A DNA stretch of 64,000 nucleotides, taken from positions 5,740,914-5,804,913 of the forward strand of contig NC_134034.1 of assembly GCF_964204645.1 (NCBI RefSeq). Reading direction: 5' to 3'. The notes beneath the pieces are model-generated. The model was given only the letters and a program-made list of their open reading frames with translations. It did no database searches and was not told the DNA's origin. This document shows positions 37,301 through 52,300 of the stretch, piece after piece. The position numbers and the translations under genes are program-made. The DNA is from Tubulanus polymorphus. Taxonomy: Eukaryota > Animalia > Nemertea. How positions within the stretch are numbered: the stretch's first letter is position 1; every line of letters starts with the position of its first letter.

Positions 37301-40300
37301 TAAAATAAAATATATTTTCAGAAAAATGTCAAATAGAATTTGGATATTCTACCAATTGCTAAACAAAGCCTGCTATTTTATTCTACAGTGTGTTCTGATA
37401 ATTATCTGAGAATTTGACGGTAAAATTCCTTTTGATAAAAAATTATGGCAGTTTTACGAAAGTCACGGTTGACTGTGTACCAAGTAACGAAAGGGTTAAG
37501 TTAAGACCATTCATATAAATATGTGCCCATTCATGGTTGTCAAATGTAGGCCAATTGTTTTTATGAACATAATACTTCTACTTGAAAAGGGCAAAGTTGA
37601 AAATGAGTTCATTTCACTTATGTATATAGCTTACGAACTGCTCATATCCCTACCAATGAATTAAAATCATAACTCAATATTGGCTTATCTTACTCTGAAG
37701 TTGTTGGTGTTTTTGCATTGTTGTTATCAGCATGTACAGTTGTTTTAGATGGTGTTTTCTCACGTTCTTCACGGCGTTTTTTGTTTTCTTCTTCACGCCG
37801 TTTTTGGCGTTCCAACACTTTCTCTCGCTCAGCACGTTCGAATGTTGGTCGACGAGAATAACGTTTGCTCGCGCGTCGCTCGAAACGTTGCGTACGACGA
37901 GCTTGATTAGTGCTTGCTGTCTGAAACTCTGTGCGACCACTGAAAATGAGACATTTATTGAATCCACACATGATCTATAGCTGCAGAAAAGAGAAATTGA
38001 AAAAAAAAATAACTTAACTTATTTCAGATACTGTTAAATGAATATATAATTCAAGGACTATAGCCTGTCACATAGTAAATGCATGTGTAGTGTTATATAC
38101 AAAACCATGCGTTTGGTGCTTCTGCACGAGCAATTTAAGCCTCTCAACTTTTATTCACCATTGTTTTGATTTAAGTACCCCCTAGTTTATCTCTCTACTA
38201 CCGATTTTGATTCGCAATTTCTTTTCCCTTTAGTTTGTATCATCTCTGATTACTTGAATTAGTCTCGTTGTCTCAGGATTGTATATATATCTCATAAATT
38301 CTGTGGTATTTCAATATTCCTGAAGATGACTATCAGGACACAGTCGAAACGTTACAGTTACATTTTCCGACTATTTTTCCTTATTATTGTGGGATTTTCT
38401 CAACATAAATGGAAATACCCAATTTTACCATTCAATGACCCCTGATGAAAACAGAAACCAATGGCCTTGAAAATCACCAGGATCATAGAATATGTCATGA
38501 TCTAAAACTTTGCAATTGATTGTGATTACAAAACATGCATAGGTACCCATATGAATTGAAATATCTAATATAATACGATATTTACCCTTACCCAGTTTGG
38601 CCGAATTTCTTTAGATTTGCTTAACTGGTTTCAACAAGATACAGGCAATTTCACATTGATACAGGCAAATGACGTAACGTCCATATAGTCGAAGACAGTG
38701 CTTAAAATTGACTTATCGATCCTCTCCCAGTCAGTGTAAACTGCGAGCTGCGCGGTTTCTATGACCTACTCACGAATGTATCAGTGCGCGAGCACCTGTG
38801 AGGATAGTGATGGGGACCACACTTTATTGCCAGGCAAAACCGATATTGAAAATAATTCACTGACAGGTAGGCCTGTGCCTCAAATGTGCCTCATGTGCCT
38901 CAAAACTTTCCATAATACATTTTGGGAAGGTGAATACAACAGGTTATAACTAGGATCATTGATACAGGCAAATGACGCATTAAGGACAATTTTTTATCAG
39001 ATTATCAGTTCTATGTGATACAGCATATGGGACTATATCTATGGCAGTAGAGATACTATGGCTGTTGTTCGGTGAATGGCAGGATTTTTACTAGCGACGA
39101 TGCATATATGGTCTTCGACCATAAAAATACACCGTTTCATTGTATTTATTAGGCAACCTAAATTCAAATCAAAATTGTGAGAAAACTATTAGCAACAGAA
39201 ACCTACAAGCTATGAGAAGCTGTTTGCATCAACCTAATGGTGTAACTTTCAAGCAGACGATTGCATTGAAATAAATAAGGACTAGTTAATTAGCACAATT
39301 GATGCAAAGTTGTTGGCTTTTTCTATTATCTCCCAAAAAAGTCTTTAAATTCTTATAGTTGTATTGTTTGTTGCATTTTGGAAAAAAATTCCAATGTTCT
39401 CAGTGCGATAGCACATAAGTAAATTCAAAATATTCATGCAATTAATATAATACAACAAGGATTTTGCCAAAACATCAACATTCTCAGAAGATTTTACAAT
39501 TTTACCATTGTTTTGCTTGAACGATTCAGGAAGTGATTTTTACATCATTACTTGTTTCCAGTCTGCATACAGGCTAGTTTCCAGTCAATAATACAGGCTA
39601 GAGAAGCACTAAAATGCAGGCCTCAAATTTGGCCAAATCTTCAAAATTGGGCAATGTTAGAATGCTGTGGATGGCCACAGCAACCCACGAAAATTGTTTC
39701 CAAACCTGCAGGATTTTTGAATTTCAAAAGTGCCAATTCTTAATTCATTGTAGGTACAAATCACCATCAAAAAGTTTTTGCATCGGGACAAAGAGTGAAT
39801 CAATATGGCAGCGAGTACTGGGTGAATATTATTATGCATGACGCGGTGTTGGACTGTGGTGCCACCGTAATGAGCAGATGTGGAAACGTTCTATCCGTAG
39901 AGCCATAAAATGTTACTCAAAACTTTCTTTACTATAATTTTGCTTATTTATTTTACTTTCTCTATAAGGTTTGACTATCTCCTTTGGATTTCTATGAACA
40001 ACTAAAACAATTTTACATAATTCTACAGCTATTCTAACATTGGAGACTGAATATCTGTGATATTCTGGGATCATTGCAAAATACAATTAAAATGTAGTAA
40101 TTAATGTAGTAATCGGAGACTTCATTCCTAACCAATTAATTTCTTTTCTGTCAGTTAATGCTTATTTTTCATTGTTCTAAAAACATATATCCTTTAATTA
40201 CTTTTTATGAGTGGATGTGTATCATAAATAGTCCAATAATAACCGAATAATTATTATTTGTCCATTTGTATCTACGTATTTGTTATCACAGGTGACAGTT

Positions 40301-43300
40301 GAATTTCCTATCTTTATAGCGCCTCTGGTAGGTTGCAGGGTTCGGAATCAGAGTTAAATAGGTCATCGTAATTCTCAGAAATGGCTGGGGTAGATATCCA
40401 ATGCCGGAAGTGTTTGAGTTTTGGCCCAAGAAGTTAAATCAAATATTTTAATCCCAGTCTCTATTTGTTATGTTATGAGACGGGTTATGTTCAAGTAATT
40501 GACAAGTATTTCTTCATTGGTAATCGAATAATGAAGAGTTGCATATTCATGAGGGTGGAAGGGTACATGAACAATTACATTTTTTATCGAAGTGAAGAAG
40601 AAATTTCAGCAAGACAGGAATAACACATTGTCAAATTGATTTTTTATGTGAATGAATGAAGTATGACATTACCTGTATCTGAAACGGGAGCCCATTCGGA
40701 AGAAGTTTTGCCGCGCATTTGGACCCTTGACTGGTCCCTTGAGACGGAAGAATGAGTGATGCTCAACAGCGCATTTCCATAAATGTTTACATTCTTTTTT
40801 GTGAACCAGTCGGAATACAAAAGTATGTTCCTGTTCCCTGCCCTAAAGATGAATAGAATATAGGATACAAGAAATTATCCGGAATATCAATATATGAAGA
40901 GAAGTGTTCATACTTTACAAATCCAATCAAATGAAAATTTACTCATAAATTTCTACAATAACACAAACATGGCTTTCGTGGCAATCACATACCAGTAGTG
41001 AGAAAGTTGTCTCCATGGATAACATGGGAAGTGTCTTGAAATGCTCAACAGTCAGAAAATTGCAATATTCAATCCTACTGGTGAACGTATAAAGAAACCA
41101 ATGACCTCGATACTTACCAAAACCATAGAAGGTGTCAAGATATACAATTTTGCAATTTATAGTGGTAAATGAATGGTGGTAATGTAAATAGTGGTTATCA
41201 TGTGAACAAAGGATGCCCGATTTGGCCCAACAAGATGAACACAGATCATCATTTTCCAGGCCCAAAATAGGTTAAAGAATCCCTCATCATCTCGATGCAG
41301 GCCTTAAGGGAGCAGTATTATCACAAATAAAAAAAAACAATTAAATATAGTAATTAGATTAATAATGATATACAAATGATATTCAAAACTATACTATTTT
41401 ATGTACTAGATACAAACACCTTATATAGAAATATCATGGGATAGCTATCAAGGCCTATATTACAGCAATTTAATTGCACACCTAATAATAAAGTGAAAGG
41501 GAAACCCCCAAACGGAACGGACTCACTGACTGTTTACAGTGCGTCTAGCCTCCCTTATCTTCCTAAATCCCAAATAAAGGCTGGCTTATGTCGACAAGCA
41601 ACGCGACGCCTACCGACTCAACTGAGAGCAACCGCAATCGCAGCCCAGCGTATGTCAACTGCACTCCGATTCGCGGCAACTGAGGCCGACTAGCGGGATA
41701 TGAGATCCGCCCAGTTGCTTCCCTGCTTATGTCGGTTACGATTACTGGCAACTGCAACGGCTCAGATGGTTACGTGTTAAGCATTTTGAGAATAAATTAA
41801 AATTATTTTGAAGGAAATTCATTTCTATTAGAAAAGCTATTTCTTTAAGATCTTTATCTATCTGATTCTGTTATGAATACGATGTGCTAGCGACATTATA
41901 TAAAGATGGCCGCTCACACCATAATTCTCCCAATGTCGTTTCTAGATCTTCGGTCCAGTCATCTGCCGTGCTCAAGGTTTGGTTTACATTTTGAACTACT
42001 TGAATTTGAAAGTTTATGACTAATTACAAATGAAGCTAACTGGCGGTCATAATTTGTATTATGTATATGCCGTCTCTTATTGGCTGTAACCCTTGCGCTC
42101 AGTTCTTTCGCATTGCAAATCAGCTTACGGGTATGTCGTTTGCGATCGAAAGCAACTGTCCGCCTATGGTAGATCATGGGCAACTAGTCGGATACGGCTT
42201 GCAACGAGTCAGTAGGCATCGGGTTGCCGTCCCAAGCCGGCTCATGTCGAACCTTTACAGCTGCAACTGGCGGCCTCCCTAGGATAACCAATCTACAGAA
42301 TTTCAGTAAGTTATCTTAAACCGTTTATGAGTTATAGCCCGTAAATGAAAATTTAAAAAAATGACTTTCTGCGACCTTGACATAGACCTACAGGACCCAA
42401 AATCTAATCAGTTACTAACCTCATATAGTACAACAAACTGTTGAATTTGAAGAAAATCTGTTTAAGGGTTTAGGTGCTAGGGCAGACCTGCTTACCCCAA
42501 AATTTCAAAATCAGTAGTTTTGCATATTTATCTCAGTAAAAATAAGCTCACATCAGTAGTCTTAATGAATATTTGTCTCTCAGTTATTTCCAATTAAGCA
42601 TCAGTAGTTTTATATCATAAAATCAGAAGTTTCCTTTAGAGTATCAGTAGTATCAGAAAACAGAATTAATTTTAAAAAGTAAAATTGAATTTTCATTATT
42701 TTTTAAATTTTTCATTGTTCGTCCGGTCAATGAGAACCAAAATCTGAGTATCGGAAGGATAAAAAAACCTCAAATGTTCTTAATTAACAGACAGTATGTT
42801 CAAAATGTGGCATTTAATTTAGCAATATTGATCTTTTCCCGGGAGTGAATCTACTTAGTATTATGGAAAAGGTATCAGGCAGGTGCTGCGACTATCAGGT
42901 GATAAAAGGATAAGTAGTGGGTTTTCCCCAAGGGTGAAAAGATCTATCAATAGTCAGGAAAATAATCGTTTAAAAAGAAAATAGAAAAAACAATTTCATT
43001 TTTATTTCTATTTTGCCTTCCGACATTAAACCTACCCATAAAATAAAAAAGCCTTGCCACACTAAATACAGTAACAACCACTGTTAAGTCAATGAGTCTT
43101 TACCCCAAGTTTTACCATCTGAAGAAATTTATTTCAACGTTTATTCATACTTGTCAATTACTTAGTATTTGTTCGGGTCACGATAAAATATTCATTGAAA
43201 GTTTATATATTTCAAAAACTTTTCATTTAAACACTGCATGAAAACGTAATCATAACGCGTGCGCCAATGTGAGCATTGGTACGCTGTCACAAGTGACTGT

Positions 43301-46300
43301 GTGTATAACGTGTGTAAAGAGATTATATTGATCACTCACAGCAGCAATGCAGTGAAAAAAAGATAGACACACGTGTACGCCACTGCCATCAGTACTAATT
43401 AATACTCTGACCAGATTTACGAGCAGTAGAAGTAAACGAACCAGTACTCCTGTTTTGGACAGTTCTAATTTTAACCGTATTTACAGATGTGATGATATAC
43501 TTCAGCCGTATTTCCATACAGGAAGATAAAACAAATCCGTATTTTGAAAATAACGGATGAAAAACCGTTGTTTTTACGGAGCATCCGTACTTCCGTATTA
43601 GTTATTAAAATCCGTAGCAAATAGGGAAATCCCGTAGGGGTAAGCACGAAACCACTGCAGACAGACAGAGGGACGGCGAAGTAAATACAGTATGCCCCCC
43701 CCCCCCAACGCCTTAAAAGCCGGAAATCCAGTTTCACCATGAATATAATCCCATGGGCAAAGTGGTTTTAACTTGAAAAAAAGGAGCTCATTTGTTAAGG
43801 GCATTGCCTACAAAAAATCGTCTTAATTCGAGAGTTCTTTTTATATAGTACTTTATCTCATTCAAATAATTTTCGCGCGGAAAGTAATTTTTTCAAAAAG
43901 TTTTTAAAATATGATACAATGATTTTTAGGAATACGGCGCACCTCTTCAAATGCATCAATTATACGTCGTTTAGGCTGAGAACCAATGAAACAATTCTCA
44001 CAAAAAAAAAAACGTACCGCGATTTAACTAATTGGCTCAATGCCAGCTTCACTATCGCTTACAAAGGTAAACCATAAAAAATCAGGTCCCTAAGACATAG
44101 GTAAGCGAGTCCAATACTCACCTGATCATCATCTTCTACAACCACCAATGATAATTTTCGCCCAGTAAAGTCCAGCTTTGTAATTTTGGGCCTGGAAAAA
44201 GAGGTGTTCATATTGTAGGCAAGGTATGAATTTCATGACGGCAATTGACAGCTTTTGCTGACGATGAATAAGAAATGTAGCGAATGACGTAATCATCTTG
44301 CAGTAATGAGCACACAGCATTCCATACTAAGAAATGAGGAAATCCTGCGTGTCGTAGCTTGGTAGTGTTTAGGTGGATACAAAAAAATACTTTAGTATAG
44401 TACGCTGTACAGCTTCCGGCAATTAACGTCCATAACAGGAGCCGATGCGTACGTTACACAACTTGAAAATCAGACGCAAGGGTCAATAAAAGACAAACAC
44501 ATTTAAAATCTTCATACAATTAACATTTAATTCATTCTGATGAATGCCATTTCAAATCACACGATACACTATCAGAGTATCATGACAAATATGTTCAATT
44601 AGTACTTCATGAAATAAAACAGGACTTTTATATTTCCATGAACATAATTATAATAAAGTTAATACAGATGGCATCTGTATCATGTTCCAAAATAATGTTC
44701 TTCAATTTTCAGACAGTGCTAAATATCTGGGGACGTATGTAACAATTCACTGGAAAACTCTATAGCTGATAGCGTTAATGATTTTCTAATGCGTGTTGAT
44801 CGAGTTTCCTACCATTTTTGGGATGGTTGCACTTTGTGGGATTACTCTAACCCTAAGGCCTTTTTTTTAAATTAGTTGGAGCATGGATTTTTGAAGGAAA
44901 ATTTTGGAAGGGTGAAGGAAAAAAAATAAAAATAAAATCTTTTGGTATTTCATATAACAAAATATGGAAGGGTGAATAGGAAATAAAATAAAATAAAAAA
45001 ATCATTTTTTATTGCTATTTTATATACTTATGTGGAAGGGTGAAGGAGAAACAATAAAATAAAAACAAGAGCCCCAAGGGGCACTATGGCCAGCCTGTCA
45101 GCTTTTCATAAAATGGAAAATGATGATGCATTCTATGGGTTATACGACTTCAATCTTCAATAGTTTTCACTGGCAATTACCAGGCAACAATTCAATCAAC
45201 ATCTATCAGCTAACTAGATAAGGAGTTGTAACTGCTATTCATTGTAATATAATTGGCAAAGGAAAACATCGTATTAGTGGTAGAGGAAGGACAGCATTTT
45301 TTGGATTTACTTACCAGAAGAAAAGACCAATTTTTTGTTGCCCTTCGAAGACTAGAATACCAGTAGGTGTAAGACCAAGACTATATTGCTGACCATCGCG
45401 TCCCTGAAATTCGAATTAAATCTATAAGGCCTACTAAGCTGGTATCTATCTTGACACACACCAATTCAAATCATGAGGATGCGCTTCCGCGGTGCTGCAG
45501 GGTTTGCAAGGGCGCCTGAGAAAATCAATAATTGGTTTAGCACAACTTAAGCTATTTCTAAGGCTAGAGTGTATTCAACAGGTAATGAGTGAAATAAAAC
45601 ATAAAAAAAACAATCATAAAACTACAGATTTACATACAACATTTTTGAAGTTCAAGGCTACAAAATCAATTTTCAAGATGAAAGTGCTCAATTTTCAAGG
45701 CCTTTTTTTAGAAGAGTTTAACGTCCCAACTGCAATTAGTTACAGTGTAACCCTAGTGGATCTTAAGAGACGACCAGGGCCTTTTTATAGGTTGTTATGG
45801 CTCACAACCTGACTAAGTTAGCAGAGCTTAGTCCATGTATGTGTCTCCACAGCCAACGCCAGAGGTGGTTTCGAACTAGGGACCTCTCAGTTCCCAGTCC
45901 TCCACTCAACCAACTGAGCTTACTGCACAGGACTAGAATTTCCTTTTGATAATTCATGGCTATGCAAGGCCCGCTACAAACCCTGGAATAATAAAAGCCA
46001 CCAATGGGCATCTTGATTTTGATTGGGCACATTGTTGGGCAGGATATGTATAGGCTAGATATGTATAACCAAATATGAAGATCAAAATCATATTGTGTTT
46101 AAAACTTCCAAACACAACAACTAAATTTCTTAACATGGGCTTGCTGACATAATAGATCATGCTAACTTTAGTGAGGGAGTCCAATATCAGTCCCAAAGGG
46201 TTGGTTGACCTGTTTATGGACTAAGTAATGATGAACAAAATAATACAAAAGGTCCATGGGTATTTGGACTTCATCAAGAAACTTGGAAGTTCTAGTAGGT

Positions 46301-49300
46301 GGGGAAATGAACAAGGACCTTAAGCCGGGTAATAGCTAAAATTATCATATTCAAATTGTTTGTAACGCAGGTATCAAAAGAGCAACCTACTAAGTCTGTA
46401 ACTTAATTCATCGAGTTTCCTAGCTAAAAAGTCAAGCTGGTGATAGCAATAATGGCCTTACAAGCAAGCCCATGAAAATCAATGGGGATTAACCAATATT
46501 CAAAATGTCATTATCTCAATGGGATATAAAGGTTTAACCTGTAGAACCTGATTGGGCCCATTATATTGCAATCATTATACATGGTGGTCACTTTTATTTG
46601 ACTTGCTTTTTCCATGACTTTTCCCCCGAAATGCACATAGCTTTTTTCCCCTGACTTATCCAATCCATCGACACACCATCAGTCCCACATCGGAAACTGT
46701 CTGATTCATGCGATCTAGCAATCCCAACAATTTCCCTTACTTTTCCCAATTTTCCGCTGAAGTGTACCAAAAAGAATACTGACCAACACTGTGTGCATAT
46801 CAACTCCATACATTTCCAACCATTTCGCTTTGTTCAAGTAATTGATCTCTGCAATGGCTGGATTTTGTCCGCTGGAATAAACAAATATCATGAAATGACA
46901 CAACAATAATATCTTAAATCAATCTCAAAGAAGTTACTGCTTCCACTAGGCTAACTCAAAAATTTTATGCTAGCTAGTACTTGAAGCATCTGCTTTCTCA
47001 CGATAGATGTTATTGCCACAGTACAGGCCGCCCGGCCATTGGAGATGAAATCCTTTCTTTGATTTTAGAGTTAAAAGAGTTTAGAGTCTATTTTATGGAA
47101 TTCTTTCTCGATTATTGCATTTCCAAGTAATTCCAAAAAATACTTTTCGGGCAGCACCTTTTTGAGAGGATCGGTCGATAAACCTTAAACAAAGGTATAT
47201 TTCTTTGGCCTAAGGCATTGACAAAACATATCCAAGCCAGGACTCTATAGACATGGCAATATGTACTAGTTCGGATACTAATTTCCATAGACTATTCTAA
47301 TTGTATTCTAAACAAAAAAAACAAATTATAAGCAAACTGCACATCTACAGTCAGACCTGTTAACATCAAAAACAGATTTGGAGTAATTTTGATAGTAGTT
47401 TTTCTCCTAAAATAGGAGTTTTTTTCGAAGATTATGAAAAATAGTAGTTCCCTCACCAGTAGACTAGTTTTTGAATAAAACTCAAATAAATTGTAGTTCC
47501 CTCAACAGTGAAGTAGCTTTTTTAGCTGTGTGTACAGACATAATTTGGCATCAGATCATGATGAAAAATGAACCAGGAAACGTAAGTGTCACATTTTCTA
47601 GCCGCTGTTAAACATGGATACAGATTTGAATAAAAATCCTTAAATTTCATTTTGTTGCCTATTGGGGCATCATCAGTTGCTACACGCTTCAATCTTCCAC
47701 GACTTACTTCACAAAATCTATCATATATACAAGACCGCTAATGGATCTGCACCTTATTAAAAATATCATAAACCTTATCATAAAATGATAAAAATACAGG
47801 AATATAGGGCTTAGGCAAATATTGGAATATACAGGACATTTCCAACAAGAAAATTAATTTTAGAAAATTATTTGACGCCTGGGAAAAAAATGTAGAATTT
47901 CTGAGCTAAGCTAATGTGGAATTGCAAATTTGAAATCGAAGTTTTAAGAAATTTGGGGAATGATGAGATTTGGCGATTGGGTAGATGATACAGGTCTTCG
48001 ACTCTAGTAGTGGTTTAAATTTTTTTATTGAAAATTCTCAATAATTGATCGCGAACTTGCGACCGACTTCATTTACTTATGCCTCTAAGCTGGTCTGCAA
48101 CTTCATTGCCTCCATGGATGAAGAAAGAGCTCTTCTGATGTCTGCTTCATCATGACTTCGAGCATATCGTGTGGCCTAGCCAGCCGGCCCGGTCCCCGGC
48201 CACGGGTTTGGCTGTCACTCGATTTCCTACAGTCTTGAGTCTGGGTGGGTTGAAGTAGACATTGTCATTTAAAATAACATGCTTATGTTGTTCTGTATGA
48301 ATTACCCGTGTGCCATGTATGTTGTATTAATTAGGGTTTTCTGTTTCTTCACAGAAAACCCTATTGAAATTCGGGTGGTTATTATTATTTTTTTTTTTCC
48401 CATTTCCACATAGTTTTTGTTAAAAGTGCAAAGGCTTCCTTACCTTACCGCTGTCGCCGATACAATCCGTATGATGTCCTTCAGCTCACTTCAATCTCCA
48501 GATACTGCATGGGAATTTTGATAAATCCACGTTATAAAGGCACTGTCGAGCCGTAAACATCGGAAATTTGGCTCCGTTCAATTAGTAGCCATGTTGTGTT
48601 TTCTTACCGATATTTCTCTCTTCTTTTCGAGGAAGAGCTATCGAATAATTCCCTCTCTTCTCCACAATCAATTTCAAAGTCAATTTTATGAATTTATTGC
48701 TCAGCGGGTCCGAGTCCAAGAGTTTACGAGTCCGGCGTTCGCGTGTCTGACGGGTTTACGGGCATTTGTTTGTTACCTCTCTAATATTTTTGATTTCTTG
48801 TTATTTCGGTTATTTTATTTAAGTATATTGCTTATCAGTTCATGTAACCAAAAGCGTCAATAAACACACTTTGAATTGATCAAGTTTAAATCAAGGTCGT
48901 TGAGTCGCCGAAGGCTACTAGAATTACGTTCGTCTTCGTCTCAGAGAGAGAAAACAAACGACAGAAAAGTATCAGGTGATTATCGATAGCCTACAACGGT
49001 ACACACAGTTGACAAACAATGTTAGGCCTGTGCCGGTTGGTGCGAACTGGGACTAAATATACTGGTTGGTCAGTTGGTTCGGTTGTGAAGTGTGGAAGCT
49101 AAGATTATAAGAAAGCCTACCGGTATTGATTTGTCTATAGGCCTATTATATAGAAGCCAATACCATTTTAAGTATGAAATTGTAACGCGTACGTGACTGT
49201 ACGGTGATATCCACAGTTCCCTTAACACGCTGTACGTGAGTTCCTATAATCTGCAAACGCGCATGCGTAAAAGAATAGAGTTTGGGTTAGGTGAGGCTAG

Positions 49301-52300
49301 GCTATTTGTAAATCAACTTTCATCCACCCACCACTTACGTTCTGTGGCACAGTGGGTAAATCACTGGACTACTACTGGATTTTTTTTTCGTTTGGTTTCG
49401 AATCCCAATATTGCAAGTCTGAGCGTCAACGTACTCACATATGGCTAACCTGTAGAAATCACCGTACAGGTAACAACAGCGTTTTAAGTATTAAGTGAGT
49501 ACGACAAGCCTACCATGCCTATGTACTACAAACACAACTTTTCCCTCTCGTCGGCCCTACAGTGATGTTACTATAACTGGTGCCATTATAATATGGATAG
49601 GATTTGGTCAGGACTAGCCTAAAGTCTAATTCAGTCTATGTACTAATTCACTCGATAGGCCTATTTTTAAAACTATACAGTGAAATATTCACACTCAGAA
49701 AGGCTAATTGATTTGAGCCATGTGATTAAGTTTGGCCAGGCCTTCTCTGACCTGCTGACATTAATAGTCAAACCAAAACGTTCATGTGGTCACGGCTTGT
49801 ATTACCAGAAATCATTGTAGGCCTGTACATTTTGCTGTTCGTAGGTTTGGTATACCGATTTCTCCATTCTTGACTGATAAGTGTACAGTACAGCTGTACG
49901 CATTATATAATTGTTCCAATGGGAATAGGGCCTATTAATGGGGCTTATTATTTCCTGCTTTATAGTACTGAAATATACCTAATGTTCATTCAAATATCCG
50001 ACATCGGTGAAAGTTTGATTAATACTGTATACATGTACTGTAGGTTTTCATGTTGTATGAATATTTTGCAGTTCAAATGGGTATGATGCTGATTCCAATG
50101 TCAAACGCATGAAGTTAGATAGTCAAGGACAGTCAACACCATATATCTCTCTTCGACCGATGTTGTACCATAGAAGATCTGATTCTTTCAACTCAAGGAA
50201 AGTGATTCAACAGCGATTCAACATCATTGTCAATTTCAAAATGTCAATTTTGGCCCGAATTCTGAGTTTGCCATTTCTCATTGCAGTTTGTGATGGGTAT
50301 TCTTTGAAAAGGGATGTTTTATACCTTTGATACCTGAATTTTTAGATTGTTGAGCATTTGGAACCACTTCCCAAGTGGGCATGGTGTCCCTGGACCCCTA
50401 GTTCTAATAACTCAGATCAAGAGTGACTCTCCCGTTTATTAGGAAACACACGCAACTTGTGGAATAGGTTTGATTTACACACATGTTGCAGGTATCAATT
50501 GTTTATCACTATAGAATTTGTAATCCATAAAAGCCAAAATCAACATCAGCCGGAAACCCAGACCAAATCAATTTATTGATTGAATCTACACTACAATATA
50601 TGTATTTATTCAAATATTTCAATAAAAACATTAACTTCTTAAATCTATTCTAAATCATAATACGTTTTTATCTGTGAATTCACTCAATCTATCGGCTCAG
50701 CAGGTGCTTAAGATGAGTTCTTAATAGGACAGATCCATTTTTAAGGATGGTGATAATACAGTATCATGATGTTTGAATACCAAAATAAATGCCTGGTCAA
50801 ATATATTAATATTTGTGATTGTACGTCCGCGTATGTTCAGTTTCAAAGCTGAATCATATTTGACGTTTACACAGTGGTTGCATATTAGGTTCGAATCTGT
50901 CAATGCATTTTATGCTATGTATCGATTTTTCAATTTACTACAATTCCCATCATTCTGAATGGCTTTACAGAAAACCCGTCATCGCTGCTTTGCAGCTATA
51001 TTTTATTTTAAAATTTGTATCTAATGAATTTGGGAATTTTATCCCGGAAATTCAATGTAATAAGGATCAATAAAGAATTGAATTGAATTGTCACCTTATA
51101 CACATGCCATCAGAGGACATGGAGCCGTATATGACAGCTATGCTATTATAAATTGCTAATCTCACGAAACTTGCATACTCCTAATATCAAACATATTTTC
51201 TAAAACGTTTGAATATTGAAATTATATGTTTACACATTTTCATATTGACCATTAGCCGCTGATGAAATTCACGCCGGCCCTACACACATCATAGATAGCT
51301 TCGTCATTCCACCGGCATGCCCACGTCACGGTCTGACTTTTATATCAGACTTCCGCATCGTGTATACATCCGCCATTTAACCGAATAATCCGATTTACTT
51401 ATCATTTCTATTTATGCCTGCAGCTTCTGATATAATCATACATCCTTTACTATTACAATACGTCTTCTAATGATATTCAATGCAATATAACATTTCGACG
51501 TTCAAATATAGGTCATTATATAATCACAGGAAGCCATTCTACATCTACGTCAATAATATTTTGCCAGATAGCTTGTTTGTGTACACATAAACCTGTGACG
51601 TTTTGCACATCGATTTACGGCTGTCGTTTGTAAAATGACGCTGAATGGTTAACATTGTTTAGGTTTCATAATGGTAACGTTTTATAAGGCGTCAAAAAAT
51701 ATAGGAAATGTAGTACTGGGAGGCCCAACAGAACAAGCAGATAATGTTCTTAGTAAAATAGACATCTAGTAAGGCCCAGGAATAAGTACTTCAGATCAAA
51801 CTTTCAAATCAATTGGTCCTGCCGTCCTATAACCTGCCTCCTGATTTCCTAGACTGGATACAAAGGTGTCAGATTGTCTCAAAAAAAGATGGCTGCTTGG
51901 CAACTGGGCTTTGCTTCTAAGAAGGATATCCTCTGCATGTGCAGTCATTTAGGGTAATAATAAACCCCGCGCTTTAGCGGTCGATAGGCCTAAGATATTT
52001 GTAATATTTGAGATTTTCGCGAATGAAGAAACTTGCCCATCAGTGTTGAAATGAAACTTGCAGGCAATACGTAACACCAAAGATAATAGGGTCATTAGAA
52101 AATTCAGGGATTTATCGCGCTATTTACTTTGCTTCGTGTTTGACTGTCAATATGGCAGATTAACTTGGAAATTCCACTTGGCTGCAGCTCTATAGACTTA
52201 GCAATTAACAAAACATAATATCAAGACTGACTTATGCTTTGAGATCTATGGCATATAAGAGGCTACTAATTCTTCAATAAGGCAACTCAAGTGGAACAGT

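Noticed and set aside
44900-45062. Three GGAAGGGTGAA + A-rich units spaced ~60-68 bp, superficially CRISPR-like
   Set aside because: The repeats are short and degenerate, the spacers are low-complexity, there are no cas genes and the context is eukaryotic; probably subterminal repeats of a transposon.
49340-49406. tRNA-like A/B boxes (also ~58190-58275 and 45860-45925)
   Set aside because: No complete cloverleaf can be drawn; these are better explained as SINE heads or relics than tRNA genes.
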